Origin: Acidimicrobiia bacterium
GTDB lineage: Bacteria; Actinomycetota; Acidimicrobiia; Spongiisociales; UBA11373
Direction: 5' to 3'
Length of the DNA: 64,000 bases
Assembly: GCA_035464675.1 (NCBI GenBank)
Contig: DATHSA010000081.1
Location: forward strand, 32,100-96,099
Shown here in pieces: positions 49,137 through 59,454 of the stretch (positions are counted from its first letter, which is position 1; each line of letters opens with the position of its first letter). The notes under the pieces were generated by a model. That model worked only from the letters and a program-made list of their open reading frames with translations. It had not been told where the DNA came from and searched no databases. The position numbers and the translations under genes were made by a program.

Positions 49137-50756
49137 TCACGCCTCCTCACGCAGAGCAGCCAGGACCAGTCGGGCGATGGCCTCGTGGCCGAGCTCGTTC
49201 GGATGGAGGGTGCCCTTCGTCATGTAGCGGGCCCCGGGGCCCTGGAGTGCGGCCGACTGGGCTGCCGTCCGGTACCACGTCACCAGTCCATCACCCATGA
49301 GCATCGGGCCACCCGAGCGCCCGGGATTGCGGAACCAGCGGTCGGGATCGTCCAGGGAGGGACTCCCCCGCCCGGAACCTCCGGGTTGGGACGGCGAGCC
49401 GTAGTCCGGCCACGGCGCGCAATACCCGTGCCCGGCGGCGAATGCCTCGGCGATCCCGTCGACGTACCGCCAGCCATGGGCGCGGGCCGACGCTTCGAGG
49501 GCGGCGTTGAGGGGCCGAAGGATCCGCGCGACCCCCATCTGCTGCTCGTTCCGGTCGATCTCGTGGAATCCGAGGGGTGAGGCCGTGTCGCCGACGATCT
49601 CCCGACACGTCCCCCCGGCGGCGTCGCCACCGGTCGGATCGGGATACCCGACGAGCACCACCTCCCCGATCTCGAAGCCTTCCAGCGCCGTCGCCAGACG
49701 GGAGAACTGCTCGGGCAGGCCGTCGAGCCCCGCGACCGACTCCCAGCCGCGACGGCTCTCTGCCGGGCGGCATACGACAGAGAGCGGCGCGTCATACCCG
49801 AGGCTGACCCCCCGACTCCAATCGCCGTCGGCCACCGACGCGAAGGTGTTCTCGACCAGAAGGTCGTAGCAGACCGGATCGAACAGAGGGTCGGCTTCGA
49901 CGAGGGCCTGCACGGCATGGGCGAACCCCACATCGTTGCCCCCGGCCTGGATGAGCAACAGGTCGATCTCCCGCTCCCCGACGAGCGCTCGAAGCTGATC
50001 GACCTGCGGGGCCGCACCTCCCCGGGAGCCCAGGAGGCCGCGTTCGATCCCCGCGCCCGAGGCAGCCACCGACACGAATGTGACAGAGGCATGGGGGTCG
50101 GATCGCTCCATGGCGAGAGCCAGCCGTGCAGGCCAGGCGAGTGAGGAACGGTGCGCAGCGGCATGGGCTGCGGCGGCATCGGGGTCGGCGGAGTCGGCCC
50201 AGCGCGCCTCGGAGCCGTCCCGGCGCCGCACCTCGGGGTTCCCCTCCCCGGACGCGTACGAGTCGCCAATCGCGACGACGAGGACATCTTCCACCGCGAA
50301 CCGCTCCGAGACGGAGGCCGATAGGGTCGCCCAACCGACGGTCACGGGGGTCGACACGGTCACCTCGAACTCGCCCTCCGGGAGGGTCACCAGCAGCTCC
50401 GGGTAGGCCGATGAGTAGAGCAACGGCCGAACCAGGCCGGGCCCCCTGATCTCCCACCGGTACTCGCGCGGGGCGATCCGGGCAGGGTCGATCGCCAGAC
50501 CCTCGATCGCCGCGTCGAGGAGGACGTCGAATCGGGCCTCTGTGCAGTCTCCAGTGCACGAACCCTGTACGTAGTCGAAGGTGTTCGGCATGTCGATGAA
50601 GCCGTCTCGGTCCGCGTCCACCCCGAATCGCTCACCCACGGAAGAGATCACATGGGGTCGGATCACCGGGGGCGCCTCGGCGGCGTCGGATCGCGCTGCA
50701 GGGAGGGCAGCGAGCAGGGCGAAGGCGGTGGCGAGGGTGATTCGGGACACGCTCAT
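49137..50756 (-). CDS. secreted SGNH/GDSL-like hydrolase
   Basis: Start at MSVSRITLATAFALLAALPAARS (signal peptide); GDSYASGEG block I, GGND block, C-terminal DxxH-like (HPNELGH). The upstream part of ORF 49137..51074 is rejected. Confidence 0.72.
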   Translation of the reverse strand: MSVSRITLATAFALLAALPAARSDAAEAPPVIRPHVISSVGERFGVDADRDGFIDMPNTFDYVQGSCTGDCTEARFDVLLDAAIEGLAIDPARIAPREYRWEIRGPGLVRPLLYSSAYPELLVTLPEGEFEVTVSTPVTVGWATLSASVSERFAVEDVLVVAIGDSYASGEGNPEVRRRDGSEARWADSADPDAAAAHAAAHRSSLAWPARLALAMERSDPHASVTFVSVAASGAGIERGLLGSRGGAAPQVDQLRALVGEREIDLLLIQAGGNDVGFAHAVQALVEADPLFDPVCYDLLVENTFASVADGDWSRGVSLGYDAPLSVVCRPAESRRGWESVAGLDGLPEQFSRLATALEGFEIGEVVLVGYPDPTGGDAAGGTCREIVGDTASPLGFHEIDRNEQQMGVARILRPLNAALEASARAHGWRYVDGIAEAFAAGHGYCAPWPDYGSPSQPGGSGRGSPSLDDPDRWFRNPGRSGGPMLMGDGLVTWYRTAAQSAALQGPGARYMTKGTLHPNELGHEAIARLVLAALREEA

Positions 50757-50829
50757 CAAACACCGTAGATCCTCTGGGGGTTTCTGCGGTCGAATCGGCC
50801 GGCTGACGGCCGTCGTCCCGGGGGCGCCG

Positions 50830-52182
50830 CTAGAGCCGGAAGCCGACCACCGCTCCGCCGCCCTCGGCTTCGTCCGCAAAGACGGTGCCGCCGTGATCAG
50901 CCACGACCGCCGCCACGATCGACAGCCCGAGGCCGGATCCCGGGGTGGTGCGGGCGGAGGACGAGCGATAGAACCTGTCGAAGACACGTGGCCGATCTTC
51001 CGCGGCGATGCCCGGGCCGCGGTCGCGAACCGCCAGCCGCCGACCGAGGAGCTCGACGTCGATCGGGCCCGCATCGCCGCCCCATTTGACGGCGTTGTCG
51101 ACGAGATTCCCGATGGCGCGCGACATGGCCCCGACTCGTGCCTCGATCGGCGTCGCTTCGAGGTTCATCGTGATGTCCGTGGTCGCCCGGCGACGGGCTC
51201 GGTCCACGACGCGGGTCACGAGGTCTGCGAGATCGATGGGTTCCATCGGCTCGTCCGACCTGCCGACCATCGCCAGTTCGACCAGTTCATCGACGATCGT
51301 CGACAACTCGATCAATTCGGCACGGGCGTCTTCGAGCACGCCCGGAAGCTCATCCCCCGGGATGGCGCCACGGGCCACGAGTTCGATGTTCGTGCGCAAG
51401 GCGGTCAGGGGTGTGCGGAGCTCATGGGACGCGTCGGCGACGAGGCGTCGTTGGCTCGCCCGCGCCTCCTCGAGCCCGGCCAGCATCGCGTTGAATGCCA
51501 TGGCCAACCTGCCGATCTCGTCGTCTCGATCCACCGGGATAGAGGCACGGAGGTCGTGCGTCTCCGATACGTTCTCCGCGGCTTCAGTGAGGGCTGCGAC
51601 CGGCTGCATCGCGCGCCGAGCAACCCACCATCCTGCGGACGCGGCAAGGAGGACCCCGGCGAGTCCCAGCAGTATCAGACGCGTGCGGAGTCCGGCCAGG
51701 AAGGTGGCGGTCTCGCCGAGGTCGCGAGCCACTTGCATTGCCACCCCGGGTGCGACCCGGGTGGTGAGCATCCGGTAGGACTGCCCTTCGACGTCGGCAT
51801 CGCGGAGAACCTCGCTGCGAACGCCCTGAGCCACGTCGCGATCGACGTCCTCCACCGGAAGGGCGATGTCGGAGTCGCCGACCCGGAGGACGGCCCCGGG
51901 GAGCACGAACTGAACGACGACGTCCTCTTCGATCAGCTGCCTGCCTGGCCCTGGCTCCTGCCCCTGCCTCCCGCCTGGCATCCTGCCCGGGAAGCGCCGG
52001 TTGATCTCCTCGATGTCGAGCACCTGCACGAAGCCGGCCGCAGCCCCCCGCCGCCGGAGGAACTCGTCGACCTCGCCACGCGCCCCATCTCGGGCCAGGG
52101 CATACGCCGCAATCGACACGACTGCGACGCCGATGGCAACGGCAGTCGCCACGAGCAGCGTGATCCGGGTGCGAAGACTCAT
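50830..52182 (-). CDS. sensor histidine kinase (HAMP-HisKA-HATPase; MprB/MtrB-like)
   Basis: Two TMs flanking a periplasmic loop, HAMP, H-box ASHELRTPL, and N/G1/G2 boxes ([25 protein letters not shown]). Confidence 0.85.
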   Translation of the reverse strand: MSLRTRITLLVATAVAIGVAVVSIAAYALARDGARGEVDEFLRRRGAAAGFVQVLDIEEINRRFPGRMPGGRQGQEPGPGRQLIEEDVVVQFVLPGAVLRVGDSDIALPVEDVDRDVAQGVRSEVLRDADVEGQSYRMLTTRVAPGVAMQVARDLGETATFLAGLRTRLILLGLAGVLLAASAGWWVARRAMQPVAALTEAAENVSETHDLRASIPVDRDDEIGRLAMAFNAMLAGLEEARASQRRLVADASHELRTPLTALRTNIELVARGAIPGDELPGVLEDARAELIELSTIVDELVELAMVGRSDEPMEPIDLADLVTRVVDRARRRATTDITMNLEATPIEARVGAMSRAIGNLVDNAVKWGGDAGPIDVELLGRRLAVRDRGPGIAAEDRPRVFDRFYRSSSARTTPGSGLGLSIVAAVVADHGGTVFADEAEGGGAVVGFRL

Positions 52183-52913
52183 GGCTCTCGAGCCACGTAC
52201 CCCACCCCGCGCACCGTGTGGATCAGCCGGGGCTCACCGCCCTCCTCGGTCTTTCGCCGCAGATAGCCGATATAGACGTCGAGGGAATTCGACGTCGTCT
52301 CGAAGTCGATGCCCCAGATCCTCTCGTAGATGAGGCCGCGCTCCAGCACGATCCGACGGTTCATCACCAGGAGCTCGAGGAGATCGAATTCGGTCTTGGT
52401 GAGGTCGATCCTTCGCTCGCCGCGGTAGGCGACCCTCGCGGCGGGGTCGATGGTCAGGTCGGCGAGAGTCAGCCGGTCGTGGTCGCCCTCGTCGAAGGTC
52501 GCCCGACGTAGCAGGGCGCGCACGCGTGCCAGCAGCTCCTCGAGGGCGAACGGCTTGACGAGGTAGTCGTCAGCCCCGGCGTCGAGCCCTGCGACCCTGT
52601 CGGACAGCTCATGACGGGCTGTCAGCATCAGGACAGGAGTCCGATCACCGCCTTCGCGCAGACGGCGACACACCTCCAGGCCGTCCATCACGGGCATCAT
52701 CACGTCCAAGACCAGGGCATCTGGTTGATCGCCGGCCATCGTCAGCAGGGTGGCTTGCCCGTCGCCGACGGTCTGCACCCGATAGCCCTCGAATCGAAGA
52801 GCCCGCTCGACTGCTCTTCGAACGGATTCGTCGTCCTCCGCAACCAGGATGCGCTCGCCCGTCACGCTGCGGAGCGTACCCCCACGCCCATGAAGGGACG
52901 ATGAGCCGCTCAT
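52179..52913 (-). CDS. OmpR-family response regulator
   Basis: Receiver domain (ILVAEDD, DVMMP, K) plus winged-helix trans_reg_C. ATGA overlap with the kinase gene. Alternative GTG start at 52865. Confidence 0.85.
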   Translation of the reverse strand: MSGSSSLHGRGGTLRSVTGERILVAEDDESVRRAVERALRFEGYRVQTVGDGQATLLTMAGDQPDALVLDVMMPVMDGLEVCRRLREGGDRTPVLMLTARHELSDRVAGLDAGADDYLVKPFALEELLARVRALLRRATFDEGDHDRLTLADLTIDPAARVAYRGERRIDLTKTEFDLLELLVMNRRIVLERGLIYERIWGIDFETTSNSLDVYIGYLRRKTEEGGEPRLIHTVRGVGYVAREP

Positions 52914-53089
52914 GAGAGGGGGATGAGGGCGATCAGGCTGTGTCGCCGACGCCCCGTTCGCGGAACCACTACGGCGGGGTCCATGTGCGGGCGGACGACC
53001 TCGGCGGGCGATTCGTCGACATCCGGTGCGGTCGGTCCGCCTGGGAGTTGGCCCGGTCCCTCTGGGAGGGCTAGCCGGCCATACCGCCC

Positions 53090-53482
53090 CTAGGCCTCGG
53101 TGAGCCGGCGGGCGAGCTCTCGCAGCATCGACAGCGCGATCGTCGGCTCCTCCTCGAGGAGGGCGAGCAAGTCGGTGCGGCGGATCGCCAGGGCGGTCAG
53201 CGGCTCGTCCACGACCACACGCGCCACCCGCGGGCTGTCGGTGAGCACGGCGAGTTCCCCGAAGAAGGTGCCCGGGCCCCGCACCCGGCTCCCCCCCTCG
53301 GGCAGGTCCACCCGCACCGATCCCTCCTCGATGAGAAAGATGCCGGTGCCGGCTTGCCCGGTCTCGATGAGGACCTGACCCTCGGGCGCGGTGAACTCGG
53401 TGGCAAGGGCGGAGATACGCTCCAGGACCGCCTCGTCGAGCCCGGCGAAGAGATGGACCTGGCGGAGCTTGTCGGTCGTCAT
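53090..53482 (-). CDS. cyclic nucleotide-binding domain protein (no DNA-binding domain)
   Basis: 130 aa; cNMP-binding fold with FGELA motif and phosphate-binding cassette-like region. Confidence 0.72.
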   Translation of the reverse strand: MTTDKLRQVHLFAGLDEAVLERISALATEFTAPEGQVLIETGQAGTGIFLIEEGSVRVDLPEGGSRVRGPGTFFGELAVLTDSPRVARVVVDEPLTALAIRRTDLLALLEEEPTIALSMLRELARRLTEA

Positions 53483-53543
53483 GAGCGGAGCGTACCCGTG
53501 ATCGGCGGGGGTCCCGACCGATCATCCGTGCCAATATTCGAGT

Positions 53544-53975
53544 ATGGAGCCGCGCGTGAGCCTGGTGACCCTCGGGGTGGCCGACCTCACGCGCTCGCGG
53601 CGCTTCTACGAGGAACTCGGCTGGACGACCGATGCGGGTCCGGACGACGATGTCGTCTTCTTCCAGGCGGGCGCGATGGTGCTCGGTCTGTGGGATCGAG
53701 CCAGGCTCGCCGATGACAGCGGTGTGGCCGACAACGGCGGGTGGGGCGGTATCACCCTCGCCCACAATGTCCGCTCTCCCGAAGCGGTGGATCAGGTGAT
53801 GGCCGAGGCGCAAGCGGCAGGTGCCTCGACGGTGCGCACTCCCGCAAAGACGTTCTGGGGTGGCTACTCGGGCGTCTTTGCCGACCCCGACGGCCATCCC
53901 TGGGAGGTGGCGCACAACCCCTTCTGGCGAATCGGCCCTGACGGCGCCATCGAGTTGACGCCGGACTCCGACTGA
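53544..53975 (+). CDS. VOC/glyoxalase family protein
   Basis: 143 aa, paired beta-alpha-beta-beta-beta modules ([20 protein letters not shown]). Confidence 0.7.
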   Translation: MEPRVSLVTLGVADLTRSRRFYEELGWTTDAGPDDDVVFFQAGAMVLGLWDRARLADDSGVADNGGWGGITLAHNVRSPEAVDQVMAEAQAAGASTVRTPAKTFWGGYSGVFADPDGHPWEVAHNPFWRIGPDGAIELTPDSD

Positions 53976-54069
53976 GTCGATGGTTTTCGCAGGTCGGCAC
54001 AGGCGCCCCCGAAGCATCGGTGATACCGAGTCGAATCAGGCTTCAGTGCCGGCATCCTCGGCCAAGGCG

Positions 54070-56139
54070 ATGGGTCTCGGACCGCTCGCTCGCATCCTCC
54101 TGGTCCTCGCACTGGCGGTGCCCGTCGTTTCTCTCGGCCCAGGGGAGGCGCGCGCCGAAGGCGACCTGGAGGTCGCCGCCAAGGTCACCTATACGGTCGA
54201 GGCCGAGTCTGGGGTGCTTCGCGTCGCCATCGAGTACACCCTCACGAACCTGAAGCCGAGCACCACCAGCGGGAACGTCACCACCCGCTACTACTACGAC
54301 CGCTACGCCCTGGTGATCCCCGACGAGGCGACCGATCTGATCGCAACCGGCCAATCCGGCTCGCTGCGCGTCACCGACGAGGTCGCCGAACTGGAGGATG
54401 GCTCCGAAGGCCGCGTGGCGACGATCCACATGGGGTCGATCTTCTACCGGCAGTCGCGAACCTTCACCTTCTCCTTCGGCATCCCCGGCGGGGAGCCGCG
54501 TTCGGCGGCCGGGGTGCGCGTCAACCCCGCGTACACGGCCTTCTGGGCCGGTGCATTCGGGGATCCAGACAAGTCCCAGGTCGAGATCCGCCTGCCGGCA
54601 GGCTTCGAGGTCAGCACGTACGGCGACTTCGTCGAGCGCACCGACACCGATGCGGAGATCATCCTCTCCGAGGACGACATCGCGGACCCGTACGAGTGGG
54701 GCGTCTTCGTCACCGGCCGTCGGGACGACGCTCTGGATGCGACGACCGTCGACCTAGGCGGTCTCGAGATCGAGGTGAAGGCCTGGCCCGGAGACACTCT
54801 CTGGTCGGATCGTGTCGCGGACGTCGCGGCGAGGGGCATGCCCGAGCTCCAGTCCATGGTCGGGCTGGAGTATCACGTCGACCAGCTGGCCTTCCTCGAG
54901 ACACTGGATCCGGCACTGGTCGGGTATGCCGGGTGGTATCTCGTCGGCGAGCACCGCATCGAAATGAGCGAGCATCTGGACGACCATGTGATCCTGCACG
55001 AACTCGCGCACCTCTGGTTCAACGAGGACCTGTTCATCGACCGGTGGATCAACGAGGGCCTGGCCGACACCTTCGCCGCCGAGGCGGTGATCGCGATCGA
55101 CGGCGAGTCGGATGATGCGTACTCGCGGGCGCTCATACCGGTCACCTCGCTGAGCATCGCCGTTCCTCTCAATGATTGGGACCTACCCGCCTCGTCCGAC
55201 GCGGACGACGACGAGATCCGGCGCCGTGAGGACTACGGGTACAACGCGTCGTTCTTCGTCGTGCGCGCTTTGTTCGAGGAGATCGGCCCGGAAGGACTCA
55301 GCGTCGTGCTGAAGACTGCCTCGGCCGACGAGATCGCATATCAGGGCAACGGCACCCCGGAGTCCGTCGATCCGCTCGACAGTTGGCGTCGCCTCCTCGA
55401 CATCCTCCAGGAGGTCGCGGGCTCCGACGAAGCAGAAGAGCTCTTCCGCACGTACGTCGTCGCCGAGCGGGACTTCGATCGTCTGGACGACCGGGCTGAG
55501 GCGAGAGATGCCTATCACGCCCATCGGGCAGCCGCCGGGGGTTGGGACACCCCTCTCGCGCTCCGGGAGCCCCTTGCAGAGTGGGAGTTCGACGACGCCC
55601 TCGCCGCGATCGATGCGGCGTCCGCCGTCCTCGAACTCAGCAGCCGGCTCCAGGCTCTGGCCGCAGGGCTGGGTCTGGATGCCCCCGACTCGGTCGAGCT
55701 CGCCTACGAGGCCGCCACCGATCTCGGCGGCCTCGACGACGCGTCTGCCCTGGCAGGCCTGCAGTTGGAGGCGTTGGAGCTGGTCTCGGAGGCACGAGCG
55801 GCCGTCGACGGGCAGAGGGGGTTCTTCGACAGGATCGGGTTGATCGGCCAGAACCCCGAGCTGGAGTGGTCGGAGGCGGCGGAGGCCTTCGAGGCAGAGG
55901 ACCTGGAGGGAGCGCGCGTCGAGGCCCGGGAGGCGATCGACATGCTGGCGAATGCGGCAGGCGTGGGGCGCCGCCGAGTGCTCTTCGCCGGCGCCGGTTT
56001 CGTCGGTTTCGCCCTGGTGACGACCGGTGGGGTCTGGCTCATTGCTCGCCGGCGGCGACCGCGTAGCGAGGGTGGGGATGCCGGGAGCGGGCTCAAAGTG
56101 GACGCCTCGGATGGCGACGGATCGGCCCCACTCCCCTGA
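54070..56139 (+). CDS. secreted/membrane-anchored putative zinc metallopeptidase (gluzincin-like, HELAH...NEGLA)
   Basis: Signal peptide MGLGPLARILLVLALAVPVVSLGPGEARA; HExxH at HVILHELAHLWF plus downstream NEGLAD Glu ligand (M1-like spacing); C-terminal TM VLFAGAGFVGFALVTTGGVWLIA. Confidence 0.6.
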   Translation: MGLGPLARILLVLALAVPVVSLGPGEARAEGDLEVAAKVTYTVEAESGVLRVAIEYTLTNLKPSTTSGNVTTRYYYDRYALVIPDEATDLIATGQSGSLRVTDEVAELEDGSEGRVATIHMGSIFYRQSRTFTFSFGIPGGEPRSAAGVRVNPAYTAFWAGAFGDPDKSQVEIRLPAGFEVSTYGDFVERTDTDAEIILSEDDIADPYEWGVFVTGRRDDALDATTVDLGGLEIEVKAWPGDTLWSDRVADVAARGMPELQSMVGLEYHVDQLAFLETLDPALVGYAGWYLVGEHRIEMSEHLDDHVILHELAHLWFNEDLFIDRWINEGLADTFAAEAVIAIDGESDDAYSRALIPVTSLSIAVPLNDWDLPASSDADDDEIRRREDYGYNASFFVVRALFEEIGPEGLSVVLKTASADEIAYQGNGTPESVDPLDSWRRLLDILQEVAGSDEAEELFRTYVVAERDFDRLDDRAEARDAYHAHRAAAGGWDTPLALREPLAEWEFDDALAAIDAASAVLELSSRLQALAAGLGLDAPDSVELAYEAATDLGGLDDASALAGLQLEALELVSEARAAVDGQRGFFDRIGLIGQNPELEWSEAAEAFEAEDLEGARVEAREAIDMLANAAGVGRRRVLFAGAGFVGFALVTTGGVWLIARRRRPRSEGGDAGSGLKVDASDGDGSAPLP

Positions 56140-56160
56140 GTCCCTGCCCTGTCCCGGCTG

Positions 56161-56220
56161 TCAGGTCAGGATGATGAGCAGGATGATGATGAGAATCAGC
56201 GTTCCGACTCCGATGTACAT
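56161..56220 (-). CDS. candidate 19-aa hydrophobic mini-protein
   Basis: MYIGVGTLILIIILLIILT; GGGAGA Shine-Dalgarno 4 nt upstream of the ATG. Lies in the divergent intergenic region with the PRC-barrel gene. Confidence 0.3.
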   Translation of the reverse strand: MYIGVGTLILIIILLIILT

Positions 56221-56286
56221 CGAGTCTCCCTTCGTGGTGGCGGCGCCCCGGGCCTTCCTCGATCGGCACCGGCGTAAACCTTCCAC

Positions 56287-56355
56287 GTTTGGCCCGTACC
56301 CCTCGCCGGGAACACTGAACATGTTTGGCCCGTACCCATCGCCGGGAACACTGAA
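56287..56355 (+). repeat. tandem direct repeat, two 33-nt units with 36-nt period (gtttggcccgtaccc[c/a]tcgccgggaacactgaa)
   Basis: Units at 56287-56319 and 56323-56355 differ at one position. Unit contains GGAAC and, 17 nt downstream, CGTACC (ECF-sigma -35/-10-like). Located 32 nt upstream of the PRC-barrel start. Confidence 0.7.
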
Positions 56356-56386
56356 GGGGACCGACCGCGACCAGGAGACCATTCAC

Positions 56387-56734
56387 ATGCAACCCAAGGT
56401 TCTCTCCGCACACACCCTCATGGGCGACTCCGTCCGCGATACGAAGGGTGAGCGCATGGGCGACCTCAAGGAACTCATGATCGACCTCGACAGCGGACGC
56501 ATTTCATATGCCGTTGTTTCGTTCGGGGGATTCCTCGGCCTGGGCGACAAGCTGTTCGCCATGCCATGGAATGTCCTTCGAGTCGACACCGAGAACCGCC
56601 AGATCGTGCTGGACGTCCCCAAGGAGACGCTCGAGAGCGCGCCGGGCTTCGACAAGTCCGACTGGCCGGACTCGGCCGAGCACTGGGGCCTCGTCGACAC
56701 CCATTGGGCCGACTACGGACGGCAGGCCGTCTGA
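56387..56734 (+). CDS. PRC-barrel domain protein
   Basis: 115 aa; AGGAGA SD 7 nt upstream; PRC barrel (GERMGDLKELMIDLDSGRISYAVVSFGG). Confidence 0.72.
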   Translation: MQPKVLSAHTLMGDSVRDTKGERMGDLKELMIDLDSGRISYAVVSFGGFLGLGDKLFAMPWNVLRVDTENRQIVLDVPKETLESAPGFDKSDWPDSAEHWGLVDTHWADYGRQAV

Positions 56735-56750
56735 ATCAGCCCATCCCATC

Positions 56751-56777
56751 GAGCCGCCCCGGACTCCGGGGCGGCTC
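56751..56777. terminator. bidirectional GC hairpin gagccgccccgg-act-ccggggcggctc between convergent genes
   Basis: 12-bp perfect stem, 3-nt loop; 17 nt after the PRC-barrel stop and 13 nt after the DEAD-box helicase stop. Confidence 0.6.
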
Positions 56778-56789
56778 GGCGCGGCAGAT

Positions 56790-58040
56790 TTAGCGGCGAC
56801 GGCGTCCCCGCCGGAACCGCCGTGAGATGTCGACGTCGGAGGTCGTCTTGGGTTCGACCTCGTCGGGCTCGAAGCCGACGAGGTCATCGAGGCGGTCGTC
56901 GTTGGAGAACATCTTCACGATCTCGTAGTTGAGGCCCGATGCCCTCTGAAGTCGTTCGACGTCCTCCACCTGGTCCCATTCGACGAGGGTGACCACCAGA
57001 CCGGTCTCGCCGGCCCTCGCGGTGCGTCCGGACCGATGGACGAAGCTCTTGTAGTCCTGCGGGGGGTCGAAGTGCAGGACCACGTCGACGTCGTCGATGT
57101 GGAGTCCGCGGGCAGCGATGTTCGTTGCCACGAGGGCCGGGAGCTTCCCTTCGGCGAAGTCGCCGAGCACACGCTCCCGGTCACGCTGCTGCTTGTCGCC
57201 GTGGATGGCGCGGGCGTCGACTCCCTCATCGTGGAGCTGGCGGGCCACCCGATCGGCGTTGGCCTTGGTCCCCACGAACACCAGCGTTCGCTCGACGCTG
57301 CCGATCACACGGGCGGCGACCTTTGCCTTGTCGCGGTAGTGGACCGAGATGAAGCGATGCGTCTGTTCCTCGACGATGTCGCTCTCGGTGATGACCTCGT
57401 GGCGGACAGGATCCCGCAGATAGGCATTGACCAGAGACCGGACCGCGCCGTCGAGGGTGGCCGAGAACAGCATCACCTGGGGTGTGCCCCCGACCGAGCG
57501 CATGATGGATCGGACCTGCGGGAGGAAGCCCATGTCGGCCATCTGATCGGCCTCGTCGAGGACGACGCAGTCGACCTGCCCGACGTCGACCGTCTTCCGC
57601 CGGATCAGGTCGATCAGGCGCCCGGGTGTGGCGACGACGATGTCTACGCCGTCGCGCAAGGCATCGATCTGGGGACCCATTGGCGCACCCCCATACACGG
57701 CGATGAGCGACCGGTCGGAGGCGACGGCCAGCGGCTGCAATTCCTCGGCGACCTGAAGGCACAGCTCGCGGGTCGGCACCAGGACGAGGGAGGCCGGCTG
57801 CCTGGAGACCGCCTTCCGGGTCCGCTGGATCAGCGGGATGCCGAACGCGAGGGACTTCCCCGAGCCCGTCTGGGCCTTCCCGCAGACATCGCGGCCTGCG
57901 AGACCGTCGGGGATCGTCATCGTCTGGATCGGGAATGGGGCGGTTATGCCCCGGTCGGCGAGTTGCCGGGTGATCTCGTCCGACACCCCGAGGTCTGTGA
58001 ACAGGGTGGTGGTGGTGGTGGTGATGGCAGTCTCCGTCAT
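56790..58040 (-). CDS. DEAD-box ATP-dependent RNA helicase
   Basis: Q motif, AQTGSGKS, PTRELC, DEAD, SAT, HRSGRTAR; basic C-terminal tail; N-terminal TTTTTT from (ACC)6. Confidence 0.9.
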   Translation of the reverse strand: MTETAITTTTTTLFTDLGVSDEITRQLADRGITAPFPIQTMTIPDGLAGRDVCGKAQTGSGKSLAFGIPLIQRTRKAVSRQPASLVLVPTRELCLQVAEELQPLAVASDRSLIAVYGGAPMGPQIDALRDGVDIVVATPGRLIDLIRRKTVDVGQVDCVVLDEADQMADMGFLPQVRSIMRSVGGTPQVMLFSATLDGAVRSLVNAYLRDPVRHEVITESDIVEEQTHRFISVHYRDKAKVAARVIGSVERTLVFVGTKANADRVARQLHDEGVDARAIHGDKQQRDRERVLGDFAEGKLPALVATNIAARGLHIDDVDVVLHFDPPQDYKSFVHRSGRTARAGETGLVVTLVEWDQVEDVERLQRASGLNYEIVKMFSNDDRLDDLVGFEPDEVEPKTTSDVDISRRFRRGRRRR

Positions 58041-58410
58041 GTCGGTGTGGCGCGTCGCGGCGAAGGCATGTCATCTGACGCAGGGGTCGAAGACGGGCGG
58101 CGACCGCCGGAATGCCACTCTAGCCGTCGGCCGTTCGCTGCCCGGCATTGAGCCAATCGTCGATCTGTGAGCGGTAGCCTGCGGCGATCCGACAGGGAGC
58201 GCCACGATGGTCGATGTTCGGATCTACGGACAGGTCGAAGGGCTCCAGCAGCGCTCGGCTGGCGACACCAGATCCTCCCCAACGGTGACCACTCTGGACC
58301 AGCCCCCTCGGCCACCACCACACCAAGAGCTGACTGCCCCCCTGACCAGCCGTGCTCGGGCCGTGGACCCCGGTGTGGAAAGATGCATCTGAATCTCGAG
58401 CGAGCGATTC

Positions 58411-59436
58411 ATGGCTCAGACGATGAAGGCGGCGGTTGCCCTGAGATACGGGCCACCCGACGTGGTCCAGATCGCCGACGTTCCGCGTCCCGTCCCGGCC
58501 GCCGACGAGCTCCTCGTTCGCGTCAGGGCGACCACGGTCAATCGCACCGACTGCGGGTACCGCGGCGGCAAGCCGTTCATCATCCGGTTCTTCGGCGGCC
58601 TCAGGCGGCCCAAGTTCCCGATATGGGGTACCGAGTTCTCCGGTGTCGTCGAGGCGATCGGCACGGCGGTCACTGCCTTCGACGTCGGCGATCGCGTTCT
58701 CGGTTGGTGTGAGGGCACGTTCGGCTCGCACGCCGGGTACATGACGGTGAGGGCCGATCGACCTCTCGTGATGAAGGTCCCTGACGGAGCAACGTTCGCC
58801 GAGGTGGCGCCGAGCACAGAGGGTGCCCATTATGCGATGGGGTTCCTTCGCCGCACCGGCGTCGGGCCCGGAGACGACGTCATGGTCTACGGGGCCAGCG
58901 GCACGATCGGCACTGCGGCCGTGAGCTTCGCCAAGATTCTGGGCGCCAGGGTGACCGCGGTGTGTGGCTCCGATGCGGTCGAGTTGGTCGGCGGCCTGGG
59001 GGCAGATCGTGTCGTCGATTACCAGACGGAGAACGTCTACGCCGACGAACAACGCTACGACGTGATCGTCGATGCGGTGGGCAAACGATCGTTCCTGCGG
59101 ATGCGCCGGCTGCTGAAGCCGAAGGGCATCTACACGGCATCCGAGCGACCGATGCTGTCCAAGCCGGGGCTGTTCGCTCCCGTCTTCATTGGATGGCTGC
59201 TCACATCCTGGATCACCGGGCTGTTGCGGGGGCGGCGCATGTTGTTCATCGCGCCGCAGAGCGATCCCGACGGTCTGCGAGTGATCCGGGAGGCGATCGC
59301 GAGCGGCGGGTATCGCCCCGTCATCGATCGCACCTATCCCCTCGACGAGATAGTCGAGGCCTATCGCTACGCCGAGAGCGGTCGGAAGCTGGGCAATCTC
59401 GTGATCGATGTCGACGGAGCGGGTGAGGTCGTCTGA
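58411..59436 (+). CDS. NAD(P)H quinone oxidoreductase / zinc-type alcohol dehydrogenase-like (MDR family)
   Basis: 341 aa; GroES-like N-domain and Rossmann GASGTIGTAAV. Confidence 0.78.
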   Translation: MAQTMKAAVALRYGPPDVVQIADVPRPVPAADELLVRVRATTVNRTDCGYRGGKPFIIRFFGGLRRPKFPIWGTEFSGVVEAIGTAVTAFDVGDRVLGWCEGTFGSHAGYMTVRADRPLVMKVPDGATFAEVAPSTEGAHYAMGFLRRTGVGPGDDVMVYGASGTIGTAAVSFAKILGARVTAVCGSDAVELVGGLGADRVVDYQTENVYADEQRYDVIVDAVGKRSFLRMRRLLKPKGIYTASERPMLSKPGLFAPVFIGWLLTSWITGLLRGRRMLFIAPQSDPDGLRVIREAIASGGYRPVIDRTYPLDEIVEAYRYAESGRKLGNLVIDVDGAGEVV

Positions 59437-59454
59437 TCTCGCCCGGCGCAGCCC

